The notes beneath the pieces are model-generated. The model searched no databases, was not told the origin of the DNA, and saw only the letters and a list, made by a program, of their open reading frames with translations. Made by a program: the position numbers and the translations under genes. A stretch of 58,887 nt of DNA, counting the filler, from Platydemus manokwari (Eukaryota), in the NCBI GenBank assembly GCA_037951405.1. It is 5 parts of 5 records of this genome, joined end to end, with 100 filler letters (N's around TTAATTAATTAA, not from the genome) between each part and the next. Parts side by side here need not be neighbours in the genome. Positions count along the whole stretch, not along the records: positions 1 to 10,878 come from JBBMOY011094407.1; positions 10,979 to 20,621 come from JBBMOY011222988.1; 3 more parts are not named here. One strand, 5' to 3'. Below are positions 1 through 12,857 of this stretch, piece after piece (position 1 is the stretch's first letter; each line of letters opens with the position of its first letter).

Positions 1-1211
1 AATAAAGTATGAATTTTTGAAATATTTATAAATAAATTTTAAAGATAAAATATTAAGTTTTGAATTTTTATTTAAGATTACCAATATTTAACATGTCTGC
101 ATTCTTGAATTAATTAATTAAATCAATACCATAGACTTTTTATTTTAAAAAATGTGAAAGAACAGTAATTTTTATAATTAAAATAATGTTTATCTTTAAA
201 ATATTATTAAAATGAATTTCCTTTTACAATCAATATCAAGATAAATAGTAGAAATCAGTAGAAATTTAGATTTCAGAATATTAAATCGAATATTAATATC
301 GAAGAATGCATGAAGTGAAAATATTGGTAGTCTCAGTAAGAAATTTGAAATCTAATGTTTAACCTATAGATTTGAATCAACACAAACAACTCCCAGTGTT
401 GACTCAAACCAAGACATTTTTTAATATTATAGTCATTCTGATGTTGATTAGAAGAAATCTTTGACAATCATTTAAATAGAATAATATGCATATATGTATA
501 TGCTTTTCTGTGACATCAATAATTAATGTTTACATTCATATTTTTCGTCAATGTAGAAACTGGCTAATAAATGGTAAATATATCAAGTTTCCAATTCACA
601 TTATCAATAAGTCTGACGATTACAGTGGGCTCCCAAGCCAACTATTGTTGCGATATTTTATTTAAAAATTTTATACTTTTGGGCCTTATGTCGTGTATAA
701 TTTTCAAACGATGTGAATTTTATTATTTTTACTATCACTGCAAGATTAACCAGTCTCGTGAGTTCTTATTAAGGTCACAAATGTAATCGACCTTATAAAT
801 TTTGCTTCTCGCTTCGCACAACTTTATTGTATGGAGACAATAAGTGTGCAAATTAAGATACGATTGATTATTTATTTGATATTAATATTGATCAATCTCA
901 ATCAATGCATCTCTATTCCTATTACGTACCTTTAACACCAGATTTGTTGATTTTAAACATTTCCCAAACCTCAGTTGAATCTTTAAAAATATTATTAACC
1001 ACAAGTTATTATTAATGCTACTTAAAATTAAAATTACTTCACAAATAAATAGTAAAGCAAAAGTCAGGTTTAAACTCCAAAATATGTTATCATTAAAATA
1101 ATAACAGTTGATAGCAAATTATACGAATAACACTGATAGAATGATTCTTGCAATTTTATAATTTGTGGCAACAATTGGCTTAACCTTTTTGGTTCCAGTA
1201 TTATTGGCCTT

Positions 1212-1365
1212 TGTAAGTCACTACTATTTCATAAAGGACACATTGGAAACTGACTGAAAAGTCACAATGCAAGATTACATATTTAACTAAAATTATTTTG
1301 ACAAATTAATATCTTGAAATTTACAAAATCTTTTAGATTTGTATTCTTATTATTAAATCCTCACA
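1212..1365 (+). repeat. Short solo-LTR-like element, copy 1
   Basis: TGTAAG...CCTCACA flanked by GCCTT/GCCAT. Confidence 0.65.
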
Positions 1366-2261
1366 GCCATTTCGTAGCATCTGACAAAATCAATTTCAAG
1401 ATTGACCAGAGCCTCATAAACAAGAAATAGAATAGATTTTAAAATGTTATCTTACATGGATCGCTGATCCAGTTCTGAAACTGGGCATAAGCATATTTTC
1501 GATCATCGGCATGGACAATCTTTTCTCTTGTATGAGCTTGTGAAAACATGGTATCATTGCATAATTATGCAGTGTTTGTGGCTTGTTAACGTAGCAGTAA
1601 TTATTTCATTGTTATCTGCCCACTAATTTTGTTCACCTGCCCTTATATCGGACTTGATGATACGAATACCAGAATTTATTATGACAAAGAAAAATTATCT
1701 ATTATTAAATTTATTCTCTTCATTTAAATTGATCTAAATATTCCAGATATGACTATTTATATAGCTGGTATTTTTCATACCATAATTTATTTTTATTATC
1801 ATAAAGATATCTTTTTAAGGGTTATTTATATTATTCAATTTTTATTAGGATTTGTTTTATTTGTTTTAATGGGTGCTTTGATGGAAATTTATTTTAAAGT
1901 ATATTGCATTTTTAATCGGGTTTTCTTTCTGGAATTGATAAAGTCATTTTTTGAAAATTTTCAATACATAAAAAATATTGTGGATTAACATAAAAATAAA
2001 ATATTGCGAATATTCCTTATTATACGTTAATAATAATTATTATTAATATGTATACCTTAAAACACCAAATTTATATATAAAATATTTTTACTCATCACTA
2101 CATAATAAAACAAGTTTTTTTCCATAATTGTCAGAATATTGTCTTTAATTGATCCTTTCAAATTATTAACAATCCTCAAACCCCAACATATTAATAATCG
2201 CTATCAACTTTATTCATCATTGTTTATATATTTATATCTATTCATTATTTTTATCTTTGTT

Positions 2262-2541
2262 AGAAAAACCTACAGAGAATTCCGAGATAAATTTTATTGA
2301 TTATAGTTGCAGGGAATTAATATCAAATTCTAATAAACTGCAATTGGTATGGAGTAAATTCTTACATATTGGGATTTTTATTATAGATTCGTGATTAGAA
2401 ATGTAATGTTTCAGTAATTTATTAATTTAGTTGTAGAAACCATAATGAAGTCTTGATTTTGTGAATGAAGGATTTCATATATCATTAAGGATTTACAAAT
2501 ATCATTATCTTGTTGATTTTGATAGTGTCTGAAATCAAATA
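2262..2541 (+). repeat. About 280-bp dispersed repeat, copy A
   Basis: Close reverse-complement match to 6384-6666 (e.g. TACAGAGAATTCCGAGATAAATT and GGTATGGAGTAAATTCTTACATATTGGGATTTTTATT). Confidence 0.9.
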
Positions 2542-3379
2542 AATACTATTGGTATTTGAAATCAAATACAAAAATATGGATTCAAAATATGTCAGCAAAC
2601 TCCAATTACTATTGGTGTCATTTACCCAGGTGTTACATCAAATACATCAATGAACAAATTTTCAAATGATGGATTGATTTGCTATCCAATCCTGATGAAT
2701 ATAATATGATCTATCGATATCTGCTTGTTGGCATTGCCAGTTTTCCAATCAACGAACCTTTATTATTCTGTCTTATTTTTATTGCTTTTAGATTTCATAG
2801 GGAATTTAACTTCAGGATAACATTTTAAATACCGCCAATCTTCCTTTCTTAATAAAGATATATAAAACATATAATTAATTATTTAATAAGTATAATATTT
2901 TATATTTCTATTGTTGTTATAAATATAAATTATTGTAGTTTATCTTATTTTGATATTAATTATTCTTATTGTTTTACTATTACTATAATTTCCTTTATTA
3001 ATATTGTATTTTTTATTTCTTAAAATTATAATAATGAAAAAATAAATTATAATTATAAAAATTTATCGATTTTTTAATTTCATAATTTTTCAAGAGTAAA
3101 TTCTCTTTCTTCAAATATAATATCGAGATTTTAATTGGCAAACTGTTTTAGTGGAGTTGATCATGTGAATCTGAGTGTTAATATCTCAATAAACAATTCA
3201 TATTTTCTTATTCGGTCTATTTCAGCAACATAATCATTAAGGAAACACTATCACTTTTATTTTGATAATTGAAATCAACCAAGCAATTGTTTTTGAGATA
3301 AATTATAGATTATTGTTGTTCTTTGAACAAATTTAATTCAATTTTCATAAGAAAATCAATTCATTTCCAAAATAAAAAT

Positions 3380-3620
3380 CAAAAATATCAACTAAATCAG
3401 TAAATTTTAATTTCAAGTGTGTTGGTTGTAAATTGTAAGTAAGTCTTGTCAGTTGATATCTGATAATTGGTGTTTCTTATCAAATTTAATGTTTGATAAC
3501 CTCCAATAATGCCCCTCGATATAATAGTTTTAATTTAGAGAGTAGATGTTTTGTTGCAATGACCTTGATATGATGAATCCTTGATTTTGTTTTGATATTT
3601 CAATGATTGTGAATAATTAC
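3380..3620 (-). mobile_element. Possible decayed non-LTR (CR1/L2-like) RT fragment
   Basis: Minus-strand KHLLSKLK..YRGALL resembles H..LL.KL..YGI.G. The match is weak. Confidence 0.3.
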
Positions 3621-6165
3621 GATACGGTTTATTTCTCGGATGAATAAATAACCATAACTTATGAATATAATATTTTATATTCATTCACGCGTGACTCTTT
3701 AATTTAATAATCCGTCTTCATAGTGAACAGGCTATGGTTATAAATTTTATCTCTTATTTCGAAAAATTTCATTTTATTATTATTTTGATATTATATTAGT
3801 TGGATACAATTATATTACTGCATTTTCTACACATTGAAAATCAAAGTAATCCTATTGATAAAACAGTCACAAAAAGTATTCTTTCAGATGGAAATATTAA
3901 ATAAATACAAAAGGAAAAAACTGTATTGGAATAGTTGATTTTATTATGGTGTATCATGATTTTTTATGGTTATTTTCATCAGTGACAGCTTCCTGCTCTA
4001 AAGCTGTTATTGTCCTCAGAATCTCACTAATTCCTTTACATTTAAATTTTCATTATGATACTACAGAGTAATTGAATTGACGAATTTTGACGTTTACTGA
4101 CTGAATGAGTTGATTTGAAAATGATTTATGCGAAGTAGTTTGAAATTTTAAATGCTCTATTTTAGTCATTCTGCTCTGCCTTGTAATTGTTATTTACTAT
4201 GCATGTAGTAATTGATTTCTTCTTTTATGTTTTTAGATTAAATTATTAATCTTTATGCTTATTTTATTCTAACCATATTATTTATGGGGGAAATAAAAAG
4301 GGGTTATTGATTTTCATTTTTGTTTTATTACTATTAATAGAGCTAATTAAAAGTGAATTTACAAATGAAAGCTGAATGTTCCATTCGTGAATTTTGCAAA
4401 ATACGCATTATCCGAGTACATCATTCTAGTTTGCTTTGTTTTTGATATTCATTTAACAATAATAATTCTTTGTTTAATATTTATTGGAGATTTATTCGAT
4501 GACGTCCGTGGACAGACTTTTTGGTTTCAGTGCTGTTCATTTTTAAGATCCGCATGTTTTCTGAATCGATGTTGTGTTTCTCTAAACGTGACATTAAACT
4601 ATCGCAATGCATTACTAACTCAAATTAAGCTGTCGTTACATGACTTGCTCAAAAACACCTACTTATTCATTCTATCTAATTGATCTAGTCGATCCACATT
4701 CCATGCTTTGATATTGATAATTTTGTAATTGAACTAGAAAAGTTCTCAATGTATGTTAATGATATGCTTTAGGGTCTTATGGTTTATTTTGATTTTATTA
4801 TTATTGAATTTGCTTGATCGCTATCCACGTCTTTATCAGTCTGTAGAATTCGTCTGATCCTCAAGTAGTATTTAGACCTAGTTTAACGTTGTTATTTCGC
4901 CCTAACGCTCTCAAATTATATGAAGATGGTGAAAAGACGTAGATACTGATTTATTTAATTGAAACCTTATCAATACCTCTATTATTGTCTCAATTTTCTC
5001 CAGTAATTTTATCAGTCTCTTTCTTTACTTATTTTTATCCCATATTATTTCCAGAAAGGTGATGAATGATAATTAATGTATTAATTATTAAATTGGAAAT
5101 GCTAATTGCCGACTGCCTGGTTGTTAACAACTCGTTTAATATATAAAACGTTTATTGCAAATGATAAATAAACAAATAGAATACTTTTATATAGCTATTA
5201 TGTAATCGAGACTAATATAAATTACTACTTTTATACAATGATTTCAATACTACTTATATTCACTCAAACATATCAATATGCAATTCAGGGTAGTCGATTG
5301 TAGATCAACAAGCCCACTCGTAGATATTGAGGAAGTGTCTATCACAACAAATTTGAGCTTCGCTCGATAAATAGGATGGTTATGGTGACATAGATATTTT
5401 ATATGTAATTTTACACAACTTATCCTACTTTACTTTCAGAAAATTTCCATTCTTTTTCTGTGAATTTACAGGTCATACAAAACTGGTTGGCTTGAAGAAA
5501 TGGCTCTGCTGGCAAAAAACGATTGAATTTTCTGTCTTCTCTCAGTTAACGGGCTTAATGGTTTCCAATTAATGGCCAAAGACATTGATTGTTAATTCCT
5601 TATATACTAGGTTGGTGAGTCAATAGAACATAACGGTCTTCAATTAAAAATGCGGGCTGCATTTCCATATTATTGTTGTTAATTTTCTCATTTAAATGAA
5701 ATTTATTTTCATCTGGTTGTTGTTGTGCGGGTTTAATTATTCTCAGGATAATTGATCTAATTTTATTTAATTGTAATATATTTAGTTGGCAACTGAATAA
5801 CAAGTTTAATTATTATTAAACTTATTTATTCCACTCATATTAATTTTAATATTAATTTAAGATTTTCATAAAATCATAAGTAATTACCATTTATTTATAT
5901 GATATTTAAATTTACTATTAAAATCATTATAACTATTACCAACTAAAATCATTATCTTATATAACTATCGCCTATTCTTATTTGGAAATTATTAATTTAA
6001 CTTTAAAATTTCAGAATTATTGCACATTGAAAAATAAAGATAAAGACTTAAAATATTAGTATTCAAAATTTCCATGTTTACATTCACTAATAAAAATTAA
6101 CTACTTCTATACATTGATAGTCATTAAAAATTTCATGTAATTGCCAATTTTTTCGCAATATTAAA

Positions 6166-6349
6166 TGTGAGAATATCAATTTGAATTTATATTGAATTTA
6201 GATTGATATTAAATTTTATTTGATATTAGATTTTATTTGATGTTAAATTTTATTTAATTTGTTTAAATAATTGTTTTTGAATAGAATTGAATGTCAAGTC
6301 TGATCAGTTCGTTTTCGATGCGTTTTTTATAAAATAATAGCGGCTTACA
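6166..6349 (-). repeat. Short solo-LTR-like element, copy 2
   Basis: On the minus strand TGTAAGCCGCTA...TTCTCACA, with a perfect 5-bp TSD TTAAA on both sides. Confidence 0.8.
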
Positions 6350-6383
6350 TTAAAAATAATTTAAAATGAATCCATATTTTTAT

Positions 6384-6666
6384 ATTTGATTTCAGACACT
6401 ATCAAAATCAACAAAACTTATTTTTTCTGAAAGAATGATATTTTTAAATCATATTGATATGAAATCCTTCATTCACAAAATCAAGACTTCGTTATTGTTT
6501 ATATTAATAAATTACTGAAACATTAAATTTCTAATCGAGAAACTAAAATAAAAATCCCAATATGTAAGAATTTACTCCATACCAATAGCAGTTTATTAGA
6601 ATTTGATATTAATTCCCTGGAACTATAATCAATAGAATTTATCTCGGAATTCTCTGTAGTTTTTCT
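6384..6666 (-). repeat. About 280-bp dispersed repeat, copy B (inverted)
   Basis: Reverse complement of 2262-2541 with small indels. Confidence 0.9.
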
Positions 6667-7749
6667 ACTAAAAACAAATCAATTAAACTTTCTATTTCTA
6701 AAAATTTCGTGGCAACAAAATAAAAATCGTTACAATTCTTTGAAAATTTTCTTCTTAAAAATAAAACATTTACGTGAAATTAATAAGAAATTGTGAATTG
6801 TTGAAAAAAAAATGTTGAAACGGGTGTCCAAAATAAATGTCCTTCGAATTGGAGATAATTTTAATTGACAGACGCTTTGTAAAACGGTTTTATATTTCAG
6901 TAACTATTAATTTTGAATTTCATTTAGGTTAATTATTAGCAGTACGGTATTGGATTTATTAGATATTTTAATGATGAATATGCCAATTTCTATTTATAAA
7001 CAACATAGATAATACTCTCATTAATGTCAGATTATCAATGAATGTGTCTGTAAATCAATCCAATGCACTTCGTTAAGAATTAAGATATGAAGTGATATAA
7101 TGTTATTTTCATTTTATTTTGTATCGAAATCCAATGATGATAAGTCATTTATTGCAATCATAAAATTAAATCGATAACATTTAATTAAAATCCAGTCATA
7201 TTTGATTGAGATCGACCAGTCAATGAAGATCAGAATCTGAAAATTTGAGATTGTCATTATAATTGGATATAAGCTTATTAAAGTTATTTGATAATAATTT
7301 TCGAATCACAAAATTAACAATTCTCATTATTTATTCTGTCGAATCCCTTGAGGAATAATTCATACATAAACCTTTCATTCAATTCATCAACCGTTTTGTT
7401 TTGTGACAATAAAAAATGTAATTATTTATAATATTGAAAACCGAATGAAAATTTAATAACAATATAATTAAATCGAAATGTAATTTGTTCGATGGGGATA
7501 ATTATAATCGATGTAATGAAACATATTGAATTGATTTACTCCCTTTATTTAGTACAGTGGTTTAATGAGTTGTCTTTTATTCAACAGATGAGTTCGATTT
7601 CCCAGTAAATTTATTCTCAATTTAATTAACAATAGAAAAAAACACTAAAAGCTAATAAATATTTATTGCTTACACTATAAGCACAGTGAGTTTAATTCCA
7701 TAGTAATATAAAAACATTATGATGACCGACACAAGGGCAACCGACCCCT

Positions 7750-7830
7750 TGTAAGCCGCTACTATTTTATGCAACACGCATTAAAAACAAATTGAAAAGT
7801 CATCGATACCAATTTATATTTAAACACAAT
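7750..7830 (+). repeat. 5' fragment of the same TGTAAG family
   Basis: TGTAAGCCGCTACTATTTTATGCAACACGCATTAAAAACAAATTGAAAAGTCA, interrupted at 7831. Confidence 0.7.
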
Positions 7831-8870
7831 TGTAAGGGTTATTATATCTTGATATGTCTTAATATAATAGTGTGAGTCCCTGTTCTACCGGTTGAAGCGC
7901 GATGTCAATCCGGTAGATGTTTGTAAAAAATCAATAACACAGTGACTAATTATGATATATTTAAACTTTTAGCACAAATAACAAATTAAATCCCTTTTTT
8001 ACAACTCGTTTGAACTTCAAAAAAATCACTTTTATTTAAGCTCAACAATCAATAACTCAAATTTAGCAACCAGACAATTTAAGAAACAATAGGATTCAAC
8101 TAGGAAAGACTCAGATACTGAACTTCCTTTGTGTTGATATTAATATAAAATTTAATATATATTTTACAATATGGGCAGGTACTTCAAATATTTTTTCTCT
8201 TTAAATATTCGCATCTTTTTCTTCCCTTTCCGCTTTTTAATAGTTTTATATTTTCGACTTATTACTTTTCCTGCTTCCAAGAGTTTTCTAAGCTAAAGTT
8301 GCTGTTAGATATTTGTTGGTGTGAACGAATTTTGTGATTATCCATTCGTTATATAGTATTTTCTAGGACGGATTCTGAATAACCATTTTTTTGTTTATTG
8401 TTTTCATTTTTTTCCTATTGAATTTTAAAATTATTTTACAAATCCGTCTACATTAATAATTTTAATTTATTTTTAACCCATATTATTAATTTGATTTTCT
8501 TCTTTCGCCCACAATTTAAAATTAATAATTTATATTATTATTATTTATGGAGATTATTTTATTATTTATTATCTCGTCCAATTATTATTATTTCTTATGG
8601 GATTTATTATTAAAAAATTATTTCCTTTTTATTTATATCATCAATTTTTTCATGATTTTAATATTATTATTTCTCATAATTTTTTCTAAAAATAATTTTT
8701 TCCTTATTATTTCAAAAATATAATTTTCTGCGCTTTTATAATTTTTCATTGTTTTTATACAGTAACCTTTACAAGTAGAATTTTCAAAAATTTTACAAAT
8801 AAATCAAATAAATCATGCAAGAATTAATCACAAAGCAGTCAGATGTTCATTACTCGTTCATATCGACTTT

Positions 8871-8992
8871 CTACTTGGATTGTAGGCTTTGATCGAAGGC
8901 TGATTGGAGTTTGGGTTTAATCTTATGGTCTGCTGAAGATAAGGATCCTTCTGTGGACATTGATGCTGACATTGATGACATTGATATTGATC
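8871..8992 (-). CDS. Candidate further exon of the exchanger (Ser-rich loop continuation)
   Basis: A good acceptor (ttgtcttgctcgacAG) matches the phase-1 donor at 12858. It reads GSISMSSMSASMSTEGSLSSADHKIKPKLQSAFDQSLQSK and then TAG. GC content is higher than the flanks. Confidence 0.4.
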
Positions 8993-10878
8993 CTGTCGAG
9001 CAAGACAATTATATAAACAAATTAATATAATTTTATTTAAAATCTGAATAAAATTTTTAAAAATTCTCACACCCTTCAAGAACTACTTAAGTATAAAATT
9101 TTAAATATACAAAAAAATTATGTTACACTTTAGACTGAACTTTTCGCTGAGAAATTCTATGCAAATTTTACATCAACTTTAGGTTAATCTTTTTACTATT
9201 TAATATTTCTCATAATATTTCTACATAAATCGTAAGCAATTTTCCTAACATAACATGCATTCCTGAAATTTAATCCAGAAATCTTTTACTTAATCTTCGT
9301 TTTCTCGATTTCAATATTTGTCCATCTTTTTTTGTATTTTTTTGGCGAATTGACTTTATTTATACACTTATTCTAAGCCCTCAATTCACCAATATTTATT
9401 AATTATTTAAATTTAGAATTCTAAATTGTTTATTGGTTTTTAGGAATTGGTTTTTAAACATTTATTTGCACTAACCCATTCATTTCTCATTATTTATGTG
9501 GCTATGAGGAAGATTTTCTTATTGGAGTTAATTTTTCTTTAAATAAATAATTTATAATCATTGTTTATAAAGTTTTTTAAACTTTGCTCTTTTAAAATTA
9601 ATAATAACCGTTTTTTGTAGGCTGAATTGTAGCTTTATCTAATTAAGTTTATTGACTTTAATATTTATTTGTTTACTTAAATAGCAAACATTTACTTTTT
9701 AGATCACACAATAAAACAAACTCAGAATCAAAGACATCATTAAGTATTATATAATCAGTTTGTCTGCTGGTAATCCAGTCTGATTGATTGAATTGATTTT
9801 TTATTATTTCTAAAATCGATTTTATTGTTCGATAACGAAACTCACCAAATCAGAATCAGTAGAACTGTGATGAACCACCCAGAACGATGAGATTCGTCAT
9901 TCGTTTATTGGTTTCATTGGAGTTTAAGGATAAGGATTTATTACGATAAGAAAAAATGCTGGGTAAGATGAGTCATTTCAAGAAACAAAATAAGCAAATG
10001 AAGATTCTTTCGCAAAGAGTTACCGTCCATAAAAAACTGCCTATTCTTCAGACTGTGTTGCAAGTGTTAGCTATTTGTTTAAAGTTTTACTCTAGATTTA
10101 CTTCTATCTCTTATATCAGTGGTACAATTTAATATTCGTTACATACTGTAGGGGTGCAATAATTTAAAATCAAAATCCATTCACAGGGTGTTTATTTCAG
10201 GGTTTTTTTTATCGTGATTTTTGAATGATTTTTGACAAATTCTACAGAAGTTGTTGAATAAGTTATATATTACAACAGGGGAAGGTGGAGAAATATTGAC
10301 AGTGATGCTAAGATCCTCAGAAACCTAGATAATCAAAATTCTATTTGATATATATTAAGCCTAAGATTCCATCAATTATGATGTCACGTAATATACTTAT
10401 TTATTGTGTTCAATTTTAATCTAACCGTGTGCCAATTTATTAACCATTTAAGAAAGAGAGAAATACGAATTTCCCTAGAAATAAGTAAATAAAGCCCACA
10501 TTTACAAGGCATTTCAAATGGATCTCACCATTTGCTTCAATTTCATATTGTATTTTGTCAGTTTTTCAATAGCAATTAAAATAATTTTAATAATAATAGC
10601 TATACTGAAAATAATAATAACAATATTAATAATAGCAGAAACAATAATATACAACAATATAAGCGGTTATAATAAAAACATTTGTGTTTTATTATTTTCT
10701 ATTTCATATCAAATATATTTTAGAAAAATTATAGATTTTCACTGACTGCGCTGCAAGTTCAATATTAAATTATTTTGAAAAACAATTATATTGAAGACAA
10801 CTATAGCGATTTAATTTTCATTTTTGATTTTTAATAAAACATGATAAGAAAATTTATAATCAATAAGTTATGAATATT

Positions 10879-10978
10879 NNNNNNNNNNNNNNNNNNNNNN
10901 NNNNNNNNNNNNNNNNNNNNNNTTAATTAATTAANNNNNNNNNNNNNNNNNNNNNNNNNNNNNNNNNNNNNNNNNNNN
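10879..10978. other. Assembly gap with artificial six-frame-stop linker (also at 20622-20721, 37746-37845 and 47328-47427; 10-N gap at 33105-33114)
   Basis: An identical 100-nt N44-TTAATTAATTAA-N44 block occurs four times. Confidence 0.98.
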
Positions 10979-11227
10979 TGATATTAAACAATCAAATTAC
11001 TGTGTTTTAATAATGCCTTCTCTCGCTCGGCTTCTAAAATAAAAAATTATCCATCAAAATGTTGAAGATTTAAAGTTATTCAATTCAAATAACGTGCAAA
11101 TAATAATGATATTAAATAATGCTAACACAATATTATTATGAAAATCATAATTAATAATAATAATAAAGTTCCCGTCGATTTTTTAAATGTTTTTAAAACC
11201 TAATTTTGAATAAAAATTAATTAAAAA

Positions 11228-12250
11228 ATAATGTATCCTCCTGTGTTGTTTACATCTTTCCACCAACGTATACTAAGATTCTTAATATCTCGTTGATAGA
11301 AATGTAAACCCGGTTTTGAAATGAAAAATTCACCCAACCAAGCTTTCAATTCTGCAATTGTATCGAACGAAGTTACGCACATAGCATTTGAAACGAATCG
11401 AAAGAAATAGAAATCGGTGAGTATAATATTGGGAGACTACGGTGAATGCAGCAGTAATTTCCAGGCATGCGTTTGAATAATTTCTTTGTTCGTTATTAAC
11501 CATCATCAAAAGAACTCCATGCTTCCAATTAGGTCTTTTCTTTTGAATAGCTATATTGAGTTGGTCCAAATGTTAAAGACAGACTTCCGCGTTGACCTTT
11601 GGGTTCCGTTTAAACCATCAATGATGGATAATCCATTTAAAGTCCCATCATGAACACTACATCTTTTTACAAGAAAGAATATCTTGTTTCACGTGCGGTG
11701 TCACTTGTTTACCGGGACTAAGTCTCTCATTTGGCTTGCTTCATATGGGTGAGCAAGCACCATTTTTCGCTACCAGTAACAATTCGGTATAGAAATCGTT
11801 GCTTTTGTCCATGAGTTGGGGAGTGAAGAAAAAGCAAACCAACGAAGGTTGTGACTCGTCAATTTTTGTAATTACTTAAAGTATAACGAACCAAAGGTTC
11901 ACACTTATAAACCTTTCCCATCGAATAGCAATGGTTCTCTATGATATTGTGGGGACATTTTAGTTTCCTTGTCGTTTGACGCGAAATTTAATGCAAACGT
12001 TGGCTTAATCGCTCTTCGTCCAACTCAACTGAACGGTCCGGACTAGTCGTGTCTTTACGGTAATTTTTCATTTTTGCACTTTTCACGCCAATTGCGAGTG
12101 ATTTTATCAACTGTGACATCCTTTCTACACACAGTAAAAAATATCTGGAGCCTCTTCAGAGGTCTTAGAATCTTGAAAAAAGAACTCAAAATAGTCATTT
12201 TTACCGACTTGAAATTTAATTTTAATGATCGGAAAATTAACATAAATTAA
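11228..12250 (-). mobile_element. Mariner (DD34D) transposase pseudogene in an exchanger intron
   Basis: Motifs FLYRIVTGSEKW, WDFKWIIH, LDQLNIAIQKKRP and HSP*SPNI..TDFYFFR (equivalent to HPPYSPDLAPSDYHLF), plus the C-terminal FYQRDIKNLSIRW...GGYI. Multiple stops are present. Confidence 0.9.
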
Positions 12251-12857
12251 ATCGAATAAAAAAGCAAAACATAGGTTCCGATAGAACGAAACAACTTCCT
12301 TTGAATGATTTAGAACATGCAAAAAAATTAATGATGTGCGGAATGTTAAAATTAAAAAACGGCAGGAACGTAGTTGTCAACCTATTATTATAGTTAGCAC
12401 TTTAAATAATTATAATAGATACACATATTATGTTTAAGCCCTTTTATTTGGGAACTGAAAATGAATGAGTAAAATCCACATTGACCGCATATATGAGTGT
12501 AAAGAATATTTACGAATGAAATCATACGAAATATTGTTTTCGTAATGCTGTTATAACTTATAATTGATTTATGGAAACCAGAAAATATAGTTATAAAGGC
12601 TGTATCTATTACATTAATATTTGTTATTTATGTCAATTTTATACTAAATCTATTTTTCATTTTAAGAAATTAACTTATTGAGACTACATTTTATAAATAA
12701 ATCGTCTAAGTAATCCCATGAATTTATTCAAATAACTTGTCTCTCTAATAGACAGTGACCATGGTAATTTTTGCAAGATTATGTTGAACGAGGCTAAGTC
12801 ATTCATAAAAGATGTCCAGACTTTTAATTGATATGACTTAAAAATGACAATATTTAC

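Noticed and set aside
530-1600. piggyBac-like peptides on the minus strand (FENYTRHKAQKYKIF, KPIVATNY, Cys-rich piece)
   Set aside because: The fragments are in the wrong order for a minus-strand transposase and are individually weak.
5465-5803. Coding-looking minus-strand stretch
   Set aside because: No recognisable family and no consistent exon chain.
9830-9910. Possible hammerhead ribozyme near GAAAC and TGATGA
   Set aside because: No proper CUGAUGA core and no closing stems could be formed.
10923-10934. Palindromic TTAATTAATTAA recurring four times
   Set aside because: It is always centred in identical N blocks, so it is an artificial scaffolding linker with stops in all frames.
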